Positions 52,101 through 64,000 of a stretch of 64,000 nt of DNA are shown piece after piece. The stretch spans positions 16,576,418-16,640,417 of the forward strand of contig JARFYF010000012.1 in the NCBI GenBank assembly GCA_030265395.1, in the 5' to 3' direction. The notes under the pieces are model-generated. The model had not been told where the DNA came from, made no database searches, and saw nothing but the letters and a program-made list of their open reading frames with translations. Positions within the stretch are counted from its first letter, which is position 1, and every line of letters begins with the position of its first letter. Source of the stretch: Rhina ancylostomus (Eukaryota). The position numbers and the translations under genes are program-made.

Positions 52101-55100
52101 TGTCAGAACAGCAACTATGCAATAAAAAGCACAAGTAGGATACGAAAGATAAACAAGATTGAAATAGGAAACTGCTGCATTAGACTAGGGAATTTTTTTG
52201 TGATAATAAAACAATTGAAATATAAAAGTCTACATGATTAAATGACTCAAATTAATCCCTAGATCACTCATTAGGAACAACAATTATTTCTTGTACACAG
52301 AACACACCACATGCCAATTTGAAAAATTAAGATATTGGTAAATAATACTGAAATGCTAATTTAAAAATTTTGCATGTTTGCAAAAAGGCTAATAATTTGT
52401 GGAGTGTAATAGATTTTTTTTTAAAAACTAATTAATTTTAACCAAGGAAATTGTTTAACATTAGGAGGGGATAGCTTTTGAAAGCTACATTTTAAAATGT
52501 ATTCAGCAAAAGTGGCAATTATGTACAGAGCACATCAACTGATAATGAGAAATTGCACGTCACTATAAACAAATAAAAATCAACTGCAAGGGTCCACCAT
52601 GATTTTGCCATCAAATTCTAGGAACGGCTCATGCAAATTCACTGCAAAAGAAAGTTCTTTCCTTTAGACAGTTCTCACCAAAACACTGTTCACTAATGAA
52701 ATCATCTACAATACAATTCAGGAACAAATTAACTTTTTGTACTAGCTGCTGGGGTCCCACTTACAATTCTAATGAAGTCAACACTCCAATAAGATGTGTT
52801 CAGAAAGTTTCCTGGGCCACCAGCTCAGAGATCCTTTTCACCAATTAGTGCAAAGAAAAAGAAGGGGAAAAAAACAGAGTGCCCTACTCAAAGAGCTAGG
52901 CCTTACGGCAATTCTGTCATGTCGACTGAATTGATCAACGGGACTGGTATTTCTAATGGCATCTTGTCAGGAAAAGTCAGCCATAGGGAGCCACCTTTGC
53001 AGACAGCTACAGAACTGGATACCGATCTCAGGCAGCATCTTTTACTAACAATTTGGGAGAACAATCCGATTTCTGCTGCAGTACAACTTGTCATTCTGCA
53101 ATCATCACCTGGCTTCCTTTTTTCCCAAGGATGGTTTTATGCTGAAAAAAAGCTCTTCTATTGACAGGCCAATTTATTAGAAAATCAGGACTATACTAAA
53201 CAGTGAAAATTATCCATTTCAACCAAAACCAATTAACCATGCATATGATTATACTCATGAATTCCTTTGCTATAACAAACATTAAATAGAATGTAGACTT
53301 TACAACACAGGATATTACAGATGCTGTGTAGGGGCTTTTTTTTGGCCATATAGAGTAATTTTCCAGGTTCAATGATACAACATCAGCAATCTTAGGGATC
53401 AGTTCTCGAGACCACAAGGAGCCAGCTCATGGGCTACGTAGCACCCTGTTACCTAAAAGCATTTTAAGAAATATGAATGGCCAGACTTACACCAACCATG
53501 ATATATCTTCATGGAAAAATTGCTAGATACATATATTAGGTCCAGTTTGTTATACGAGTCAAAAACACTTGGATTGTAAATCACGTATCGCAACCTTTCT
53601 TGCTCTCATCAGTCAATGAGATTCTCAGGACTTTTTCTGCAGCCTGCGGCGGTGGCTTTGCCCAGGGACATGTACCAAGAGAAAAATTTTCATCGTGTTA
53701 GCATTTCAAATGGCAGAAAGTGAAAGAAAGCTCTAACTGATCATAGCCTGCGGAATTAATTGGCTAGCCTCTGAATAATGTCGGTCTTCGAATATCCTTG
53801 AGAGACGAGCACTAGCCGAGGCCCCATTTTGAGCAGCGGCTTCAAATAAAAAGCGCTAAGGGGTATAAGGCTTCAGCGCATTTCCCTGAAGACCAAGAAA
53901 ACAGAACCAGCAAACCTCGCCCAACTAATCCATTTGGTAATTAAGTGCACAATTCCATTAAGCGTTCTTCCATCGAATTTCAAAATTGTGAGAACAAAAG
54001 ATTACAACAGTTCTAAATGCATGTGCAGGATACCACATATTAATGCAACGAGCGCAGCTGGAAGACTTCTGTTTTAAGTGAGGAAAATTTAAAATATTCT
54101 CGGCTTTTTGCCAGTATTTAAAACAAAGGAGTCAAGTAGGCGCCATGTTGCTACTTGTTCCATTCTGCGGGATTAAAGTTTGAGGTTTTTTTTTCCCCAT
54201 TCATCAAAGAGTATGCAATGACCCTGCTTGATATCACTATACCTCTCTTTAAGAGGCATCTTAATCTAACCTTTTTAAGACTCTTTGCTTTCAAACTCAA
54301 AACACCATTAAAAATAGGCATTGTTGGTCAGCCCTGGGAGACCGAGCGCCTGGCTTTCGCTGACCAAGGCAGTAGACCTCTGGATAGGCAGCTGCTTACA
54401 CAACTAAATAAGTTCCGTACAGCAAAGCAAGGGGTTGGGAGGAGGGTGGAATTGAAAAAATGAGATTAAGAATCTTCGCAAATGTTCCATCTTTCGTTAT
54501 CGACTGCAGCCTAGCACGGAGGTGTCAATTTTCAGCTCTAAAGAGAGGACACAAATTCGCAGCGGTCCCATTATGCGGTCTCTTCGCTCATTGTATATTC
54601 CGTCAACGAAGTCAATCTTATTAACTTCCGCTCTGGTTCACACATGACATTTTCTTCAATTTTCTTGCCAACATCAAAAACATCAATTAGCAGCTAGAAA
54701 ATAGGAAGGAACAAATGACAGGGCCCGATAACGTCAACTATTTGAAACAGAGGGTAAATCTATTCTGCAGTACTGAATGCATTCATTACCAATTCATTTT
54801 CAAAGGAGACTTCCAAATAGCAAAGAAAATTAAATTTATCATCCAGAAATGTCCAGAAATTGTTTGTTTTTTTTAATCCTATATCTACTGTGCCATTTTC
54901 AAATACAACATGAAGAAGCATGCCTAGTTTCAGCATCAGCAATGTAACTTGGAGAAGTTGAATTAGGTGGGTTCAGCAGTATTCAGAATGCATTAGCTTG
55001 TATAGAGAAACATGAAATAAATGCTACCACCCTGATTTATAGCAATATTTCTGCACTTTATTGGCCTAACTTTTCTAAATTTAAGTTACAAGATCACTTC

Positions 55101-58100
55101 ATCCATCAAAATAAGACAAATTATAAACTTTTATGCTTTGTTCAGGAGACAATTTCACTGGACAACCGACTTTATCTAAAAGAATAATGTGGGAAACCTT
55201 ATTTTGCTATACTTAAGTAAAAAGCTATTTCTGCTGATATGCCTGCTTTATGAGAAGGCTTTCATGGTTGCATTACATCTCCTCGGGAGTGAGTAAAAGC
55301 AAATTTAGTGGCTACTGCTCGGAATTAATGTGAACAGAAAAGAGCAGCTACACCAAATAAACAGATCACTTTCCTCTGGCCATTGATTTCTTGATCTTTT
55401 GACATTATTTACAAGCTTCCTATTCTCTTTCCTGTCTTTTTTTCCAATGTCACAAAGGAAAAATGTCTAAACAGCTGATGGCAGGATTATCAATTAGCTG
55501 TCAAGATTCTGCTTTCCAGCACGGAACAATACCTGCCATAATGCCGAAGATCGGTAATACTGCGAGACAATTCTAATACAGTGCTCTGCACACTGACTGG
55601 GAGAGCAGAGTGGCAAGCCTTGAATGAAATTTGTGCCTCGATCATTGCTACAAATATATTGATTTATCTGGCGTAACCAAATACATATTGTGAATTATAA
55701 TTAAGAATTTATATTTAATATCAGATAACGTCGACTTGCAAATACACAATTTTTCGGCTCAAAATATAGGATGGTAGCAGATAGGGTGCTCAATTCCAAC
55801 CGCAAAAGCTCTTGTAAACACATTCCATTGGCATTGTATTAATTTCTTTTAGTGCATGCTAGAACCTAGCCTTGGTGTTCCTTGCTCTTCTGTTTGCCTT
55901 AGAGGTGGGGGCATATCACAGTAACATGAGGATGGCTGCACTCATTCCAACTGTGGTAGACATTTCCACGTGAAACATAGCTCTGCTTTTAAAGACTAGC
56001 AAGCTGTGTAAATGAGTGTCAGGCAAAGACAATTTATTCAGCATTTTAAAGGTATCCAAGACACTCCCTCTACCGTGTTAGTGCTGATTTAATACATTAT
56101 TCTAAAAGACCAAATAATTTCCATCAAAAAGTTGTTCAATGATACCTATAGTTAAAATTTCAGTTGTAGGGGTGCCTATAATTACAAGAGATAATAAAGC
56201 AAACAAGTCATTACACTAGTTAGTGCTAACAAAAATAATGTAGGATGAACGACATCTGATGTATATAAAATTACACCTTTACCTAAAATAAAATATTTAA
56301 AAATCATTTCAATTTATTTAAAAATTTTGTGCATGTTACTTTCAGTTTACAAGAACTTTCATTAGAATTCAACTATTAACTGACAGAACAGGCACCTGCA
56401 AGATGCAAAAAAAAACCTGCTCAAAGTGGCTCAAGTGGATGATATTTGGAGGTTCTGTTATATTTAAAACCAATAACATTGCTGGATAATTTATTCTGTG
56501 TTTTATTACTGTCTGGTACCTTAAAAAAATAGTATGCTCCAGATATAGAGGCTAAAGGAGTTTCAAGTACTTTAAACATTGCCTTAGAACATCCTGGACA
56601 ATAATCAGTCTGAATACATTTAGGGCAGGAAAAGAGAAAAAAATCTTCAAAGATTATCCAATACTTTAACATCCAGTTATCTTTTGCTAAAAAAAATCCC
56701 AATCTGCGGAACCTTGCAGCTTTCCCACTGCTGCACAGAATTCTAAAATGTCACAGCAATGCCCTGTAACACTAAATAGCAATATTTGAGTTCCTATTTT
56801 AACTTGATTTTTTTTTCTGTTGTTAAACATTTGAAGATTTCTAAACCTTATTTGGTCGAAGTTAAATTTCAATATTCCACACGTTATTACTAATTTGCTG
56901 AGAATTTACACCACTATTTGGAGTAATATGATCAAATATTTTTTTTATTGTTGTGCAAATACCAATTTGTTCATTGACAATAAGCANNNNNNNNNNNNNN
57001 NNNNNNNNNNATTACCGGTATTTGCGGTTGTGGTTCTGCACCATGCTCTGTCCTTGAAGCTGATGCCGCACACGAATCCATTAAGCGAGAGTGTTGGTGC
57101 TCTTGATCTATTATTTACAAAGAAAACCCTCCCCTTGCTTAAGTGGCCCCTACACTTCAGCCTTCATTACAAGATTTTTATACTTGTAAAAACCCCAAAC
57201 ACAGTTTAATCAGACTGATGGCACCTACACCCTGTCCAATCTTGCTGCATGAGATTTTAGAAAACCAGCAATATCGCTATCACTGAGCAATGTTATATTT
57301 TTAACATCCAAAATTAAACTTAATCGATCAGCTGAGACCATATGCCACTTGGCCCTTTTGATACAAGATTTAAGAGTTTTCCACCTACTGTACATTAAAT
57401 CATACATTTCGTTGGTTACTCTAGTTTATAAGGCTGCCTCTTAGGTTATGAAACAATATATAATTTAAAAATATTCTATGCAGTGTTTTTAACATTTGTC
57501 TAGTGTGAAGATACATTTTAAGGAAATTACTGAAGGATTCAATGAATTTTTTTAGATCAACATGAAAAACATTTTGCAAACCTCTGTTTAACATATTTAT
57601 GCAATATTTTATGCTTCACTTAAGTATTTACATTTCAAACCTGCAAGGCAATTTAAATGTACGTGTTCTTGTTGTTTTTAAATCACAANNNNNNNNNNNN
57701 NNNNNNNNNNNNNNNNNNNNNNNNNNNNNNNNNNNNNNNNNNNNNNNNNNNNNNNNNNNNNNNNNNNNNNNNNNNNNNNNNNNNNNNNTCCTCCCCAGTA
57801 AATAAGTATACTGTAAAGTACAAGACAATAAGCTACAGAACCATAGATTAAATCACTCTTATCCTTAATCAATCCACTTTTAAAAAAAACATTTTTATTG
57901 TTGTGAACAGAGAACAACTGAGCAAAATGCATGTTATTTGCTGATTAATTTATACCACTATAATATTATAGTTTGCACACTTCTGAAATCCCTAAAGTAC
58001 ATAAGGAGTTCAGGCTGCTTGTCTTAATCATTTTGGCATTTAAAAAGCAATTATTAATTCAATTTGTCTTTATTACAGCTACCAGAGGCTGATGGATAAC

Positions 58101-58429
58101 CATCACTAGATATGCTAGAGCACTGCATGACCGGGAATTGTAGAACAATGCAATATTATAAATAGAGCTGTTAAACAACTGATAATATTGTACACCTGAG
58201 ACTCCCTCTCAGGTGCACATCATTTCCTTGGGCACAGTTGGTCTAAGCATCAATAAAAATACTACAAAACTATCCATTCAGGCCAATGCCCGTTTTGGAA
58301 TGCAGTAAGCAAATCACAGATTGTACAAAATATACTCAAAGAAGAGTGATGATCCACCTATCTAAACAAACAACTCAGTTTACAAAACCCACTTATAAAG
58401 CAATATGAAAAAAATATTTTCTATTTGAT

Positions 58430-58505
58430 TGCTTTTAAGAGATTTGGCATGGACACAACTGGTCAAATGGCCTCCCTCCTGTGGCATTCTGATTCTGTGA
58501 TTCCA
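58430..58505 (+). mobile_element. CR1 3' tail remnant
   Basis: ggcatggacacaactggtcaaatggcctccctcctgtg...attctgattctgtgattc. Confidence 0.55.
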
Positions 58506-59754
58506 GCCAGTGTAGTATCAATTTTGGTAGCCCACTAATCATCACTAGCTTCAATATGACATTCTGACCAATGTAACTGAATCAGTAAGGTTGAAGGCAA
58601 CCATGCTTCCAAAAATCTGTAACACTGTAGCAAAACTCATTTAACAGCCTACGGCTACTGTGAATTCCCATTTCTATTTATTAAATTTATAGTCACATGA
58701 CATTCTTTTGCCTTTGTGGCTGAACCTCTTCAAGCCATCTATATTTTGCCCAAATATCAGTCAACATTTGAAAGCATTTATGGATTCTGTTTCCACCATT
58801 GTTACTGGTAGGTTATTGGAGGATCCAAAAGGCCTCTGCGTATCTTTGAAAAATTCTGTTCTTGTTCTTTTTGATGATTTGAAATACTTCCAGTTAGGAT
58901 TTAATAAATGAAGATAATTTTCAGAACTTCACATTTTAAACAACCCCTGCCACCCCCAATTCCCCCTTAACATTCTCTATTCAAGGTGAATAGAGCCTCC
59001 ATATATTTATTATAGAGTGAAATTTATAANNNNNNNNNNTCCTTCAAATGTCTTCTGCACCCACCCCGTGTTTCTGACAACTACGCCAAACAAATATGGA
59101 TGAAAGCAGAAGTAGGATGCCTTCAGTTTTTCTCATATTAAAAGATCCACAATTAAGAACAAGCACTCCAAAATCAGTGACAAGCTAAGCTTCCTTCTAA
59201 TTCTATCCCAACAACTTAATATCACCCAGATTGAGGCCTACTATCAATCAGCATGACTGAATTCAAACTTAGATCTAAAGGCATAATGCTGTAACTACTA
59301 TCTGAAGGTTATATTGGCATAGGCCTTTCTGGATGTACAAACCATGACTGAATCCTGGCAAACAACTTGACCATCTGTGAACCCATATTGGACATTCCTG
59401 AAAATGAGCGACTTCAGTCAGCCACCAGAAATCAGTTAGAAGTGGGAATCCTGGGCAAACCTCGTCCATTGTGATTGAGTGATGCAGGGAATCAAACCGG
59501 CTAATTTAACCAAAGCCCAGAATCATAGTAGGAAAACTTGAAATTTAATGCACTGCCATATCATGGTACATACGCATACTGATCCATTCAGAAGCACTAC
59601 TTGTATTTTAATGTTCACAGCGATTATTTTTTGTTATCATATGAAACTTATTCTTCAGGGTAAAGTATAAAAATTGCCAAATTACAATGTTTAGTGTGAT
59701 ATGGTGAAAGTGTATCAGATACTCAGTAGGGCAGGCAACATCTACATTGCACTT

Positions 59755-60312
59755 ACAAACGACACAGGAGATGGCGATTCAGTCCATCAGATACATGACG
59801 GTTCCCAGGTGAGTAATCGCATTAGTCCCATTCCCGTCCTATTTGCCATACCCTTATTTGTTCTCATTTACATATGCTCATCAACTCCCCTTTAATTCAT
59901 TTTTCCCTGTAGTAATAGGGTAATTTACAGCAGCCAATTAATATTCCTGTAAGTCTGGGACATGCGAGGGAACCCACATAGTCAAGAAGAGAATGTGCAA
60001 GCTCCACACAGATAGCACCCAAGTCACAATTGAGCCCAAGCCCAAAGGGTAGCCAGTATATAGAATGAGCTGCCAAGGAAGGAAGTGGTTGAGGGAGGTA
60101 CATTAACAACATTTGAAAGGCACTTGAACAGATATGTGGATAGGAAAGGTTTAGAACGATATGAACCAAACTCAGGCAAATGGGTCTAGCTCAAATGGGA
60201 ACCTTGATCAGAATGGACCAGTTGGGCTCAAGGACCTGTTTGCATGCTGTACGACTATGAGTCCCTAGAGCTGCGAGGCAGCACCATGAACCAATGCACC
60301 ACTATGCTGTCC
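59755..60312 (-). mobile_element. tRNA-derived SINE (HE1/V-SINE-like) interrupted by a CR1 3' fragment
   Basis: Minus-strand head ggacagcatagtggtgcattggttcatggtgctgcctcgcagctctaggga, body ctgtgtggagcttgcacattctc...aattggctgctgtaaattaccc, CR1-type tail. Confidence 0.7.
60041..60260 (+). mobile_element. CR1 3' fragment nested in the SINE
   Basis: gaatgagctgcc...gaagtggttgag...acatttgaaaggcacttgaacag...ggcaaatggg...catgctgtacgactatga is homologous to 11850-12070. Confidence 0.8.
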
Positions 60313-62559
60313 ATGTGGAGAAATAGAGTTAACTCTTCTTACTTTGACCTGAAACATTTCTCTGTACAGATGATGCACAACCACCAAGTATTTCCAGCAT
60401 CTGCAAGATTTTGCTTTTGGTAAAAACGCAGCCTGTTTTATTTGTGTTAAAAGACCTACAGAGAACCATGTGATTTATGATCAAGTGTGATTGATTAGGG
60501 ATCTTATTTTAGTGAGAAAGTAATGAAGAAATGCCATCTTCACAGAATGTTTTCAAGTAAATCAGTTTATATACTAATACAGCTAATACTTCTGATAAAT
60601 AGGTTTCTTCCCAAACCAAGTGGTTAGATTAAATATATTGTGACAAACCACAGTTCACATCCTGCTCCACTACAAAGGGATCATTCAAATATACAAGGAT
60701 GAAATATAGTCCAATAACCCTTTCTTAAAATAAAGATTTAAATCCATTTAAGAAATGCACTGAAATTAAAGCATGTAGAACAAAATATTTTAAGAGTAAT
60801 GAGAAATACGAGGGAGAAAAGCTTCAATTCAGAGACAATAAAAAGATGCTGAAAATCTGAAAAACTAGAAACATGCAACCTGTCACTAGCTGAAAGTAAA
60901 AGTTAGGTTATAATTGCTAATAAGAGGTTATAGTCAAAATGTTATGTTTCTCTTTCAGATGCTGATTGATCCGCCATGCACTTTTTGCCCCTTTTATATG
61001 GTGTAAAGATGAACTAATTATGGGCAATTAGTTGGTGGAGGGCAGCTAAAGATACAGCTCTCTGAAGCAATGTGTGTTTATTTATAACCCAGTTATTATA
61101 AATGTTTCTTTCTTCCCTTAAGTACACGGATTATCTCTTCAAGGTCTAAACTACTGATTTAATTCTCTGATAGCATATATATATACCTTGCCTGCAAACC
61201 TCCTTTTGCCTTTCACAGCAGAAGTATTTTATGATTTATGAAGACTAAAATATTTAAAATCAAGGGAAGGATCTGCTTAAAAACCATAAAATCTTCACAC
61301 TTCATAACAGGTTTTAACATTTACTGCTTAATGCAATCAGAGGAGACAAACTACCATTATCACTGTCCGTTTGGAGTTAATCAACTGTTCAGCTTCGTTG
61401 GTTCATTCCGTATTATATGGAATGCAACCCAGTGCACTTAATACCATGCTGCAGTTACGTGGCAATTCTCAGCCCGATGATGCCCAAAGGGTGCAATTAC
61501 CTTCAATTACACCAAGTAATTTTTATTATGGAATTTTAGTCCATCACACCACATGAGAAATTGGAAATACTCACTTCAGACAAGTAATGTATAATTTTCT
61601 ACTTCTGTGGGGTGCAAATCCCCTATAATGTTTGATTATATACAAATGTAAAAAAAAGCTCTGCAACTAACTGCATGATGCAATGTGTATAAAAATTCTC
61701 CATAGCAGCATTATCAATCCTCAACAAAGACTGCAAGATTTATTTTAACAGCACTGTCATGTGTAAAAATTAAGGTTACTTTTAATGAATTAGAAAGTGA
61801 ATAATTGTTCAGAAAATAACAAAGATCTTTTGGCAAGGTGTCCTTTAATTGCTATTTTTAAGTGCACTGCACTAATTACTGTTTTAGAAGGAACTAGTTA
61901 TGTAACATGTGCAAGACAATGAACATGGGCAAGGAAAAGAAAATCAAATTTAGAACTTTTTTCATAATCTAAATTGCTTTTGTCTTGCTGGCAAGGTCAA
62001 CCTTCCCCATGTCAGTTTTCTACTGGGATTTAATAATTACCGCTACATCTTCTCTACAGGTTCAAACATCTTGGGAGATTATTCAAATAAGTCAGCTGCA
62101 GCTTCAAGAACTGCATATTGTATTTAGTTTTCTCTATATGCCAATTGATCCAGAATCAATTGGTTTGGATAGAGTTAACAGCTAATTTGTGACAAGTGAA
62201 TAATCCAGATTCAGAGAATAGGAAGAATCCTTCACTCAGATAAAGATTAGAGCCTATAATTCTGGCCTCCACTTTCCTGTCCTCACAGCTCCCCACTGCT
62301 GCCATCTGGTAACACTAACATACCTGGTTGCACCTAATGTCACATGCAAAAGTATGGGCATAACTGACATTCCACACCAAAGCTTAGATACCCTTAAATG
62401 CAAGGAATACATGTCTCATACTTGCCCATTCTAAAAGAATCTTTTAGATTTCCAAGCATCAGCCACAAGGTCCCTAAACTGGACAGTTGTTGTCTGAAAG
62501 TAGCAAGTCATGGATGCAGTAAAGAGACCTAATCAGAGATTATTGCAAAGTTTCCCCAT

Positions 62560-63160
62560 CAAGTTTATCAAAACGGCCAATGGAATATCAGCCATTTTGC
62601 ATGGGAGTCAGAATTCAAACAAACAGTAATGATCTGTGGTATAGAATCTTGGTCAACCATTTGGGATACCAAAACTCAGCATTGTTATAGTGCCCTTGAG
62701 AGGGGTAGAGCAAGAAAGTTATACCACAGCTTAAAAAATTATGATGTGATATCAAGTTGCAGACACTCAGCTCCTTTCCATGTACACAAATAGCTGAGGT
62801 GTGAATTATCTCTGGACTTCAAAACAGTTGAAAGATTTGAATACTTGGAAACTATTTTCTCTGGTGAGGAATCCAGAAGAGAACACAACTTTGAAATTAG
62901 AGCTAAGCAGCTTGAAACTGTAAATTACGAGGTGGTTTTTATGTTCATTCAAAGGGCAATGAAAATATGGAACTTGCCACAGAAGGGATGTGGATTCAGA
63001 GTAGATGAACTTTTCTAATCCAATATTGAGTGATCTTTTGAGGCAAGGTCATTGATAGATAGGAATAGAGAAATACACAGAAAAGATACAATTGGATTAA
63101 TTGGATGGCAAAAAAAAATTCAATTGGCTGGTTGGCCTCTATCCATCCAAGTATTACCTG
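62560..63160 (+). mobile_element. Old, decayed CR1-like LINE 3' fragment
   Basis: gccaatggaatatcagcc...tagaatcttggtca...aactattttctctggtgaggaatccagaa...atggaacttgccacagaagg. Boundaries approximate. Confidence 0.55.
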
Positions 63161-63273
63161 ATGTACTTGCCTTAGAGTTAAGTTTTCCTGATAGATAATA
63201 ATTCTTTTTTTACAACCAAAAATTGCAGAAGCAATGGGTGTTGACTCTGGGAAAACAAATACTTTTCCATCAC

Positions 63274-63470
63274 AGCAACAAACGATCTGCTGGAGGAATT
63301 CAGCAGGTTGTGCAGCATCTGTGCGAGACAAGGAATTGTCAGGACTACTGCAGGGTTTTGACCTAAAGCATCAACAATTCCTTTCCTCCCACAGATGCTG
63401 CTCAACCCACAGAGTTCCTCCAGCAGATTGTTTATTGCTCCAGATTCCAGCATCAAAAGTCTCCTGTGTC
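63274..63470. mobile_element. Fold-back element with ~66-bp inverted arms (63274-63339 / 63374-63439)
   Basis: agcaacaaacgatctgctggaggaattcagcaggttgtgcagcatctgtgcgagacaaggaattgt pairs with acaattcctttcctcccacagatgctgctcaacccacagagttcctccagcagattgtttattgct. Confidence 0.85.
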
Positions 63471-63749
63471 TTTCTTTTCCATCACAGAATGGCTACAGTA
63501 CGAAAAGAAGCTATTTGGCTTGTTCAGTCCATATTGTGACCTTGCAACAGCAATCCAGCTAGTTTCATTCCCCCAAAATCTCACACATGGGTGATTTCCT
63601 TAGCATGGAAGCTTCCATTGCTCTAGTTTTAGCCTAGCCTCACCCAGATAATACGAGCAGCTAGAAGAGACATCCAACCGACTACAGAGGGCTTGGCCCA
63701 AACACAAAGTCAAGATCTATACCTGAGCCTAATGATCCTGGGTGCACTG

Positions 63750-63970
63750 TTAAATGAAAACAGATAATGCTGGAAGTACTCAAGTCAGACAGCACTTGAG
63801 AAAGGAGAAGTAAAGTTAATTCTTCAGGTCAATGACCTTTTACATTAAAAAGTTTATCAATCTCAAACAGTGAATCTGTTTCTCTCTCCACAGATGCTGT
63901 CTGGCTTGCTGACCTTTTTTAAAAGCATTTCCTGTCCTTATTTCAGATTTCCAGCATTTGTAGTTGGTTG
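63750..63970. mobile_element. Fold-back repeat family copy
   Basis: aaaacagataatgctggaagtactc...ttcaggtcaatgacct...tctgtttctctctccacagatgctg...tttcagatttccagcatttg. Confidence 0.75.
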
Positions 63971-64000
63971 CTTTTCAAAGTAATGTTGGATCAAGACAAA

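Overview
AT-rich vertebrate genomic DNA with about 12 N-gaps. The repeat content (CR1/HER1-type LINE tails, Deu-domain and tRNA-derived SINEs, fold-back elements) points to a cartilaginous fish, probably a ray/sawfish-type batoid (inference). The window holds the 3' part of TCF7L2 (TCF4, the Wnt/beta-catenin HMG-box factor) on the minus strand. Exons 6-12, the twin 73-nt C-clamp exons (CRARF and CRALF), the 25-nt micro-exon and the terminal exon with two CtBP-binding PLSL motifs were all located by GT-AG boundaries. A ~1.55 kb 3' UTR ends at a poly(A) signal near 6570. Exon numbers follow the 17-exon mammalian scheme from memory. The beta-catenin-binding exons 1-5 lie beyond the right edge, so 35.6-64 kb is part of the large intron 5. 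The most notable signal is a cluster of three candidate alternative first exons in that intron (46.3-49.2 kb). Each ends in a GTAAGT donor in phase 0 with an ATG in frame to exon 6, predicting dominant-negative TCF7L2 isoforms. Other points of interest: lineage-specific C-terminal splice outcomes, TCF site plus helper site pairs in the gene's own introns, a hammerhead-ribozyme core in a fold-back repeat, an intronic hairpin, and a 102-bp local duplication with terminal inverted repeats. No prokaryotic systems, RNA genes or CRISPR arrays are supported.
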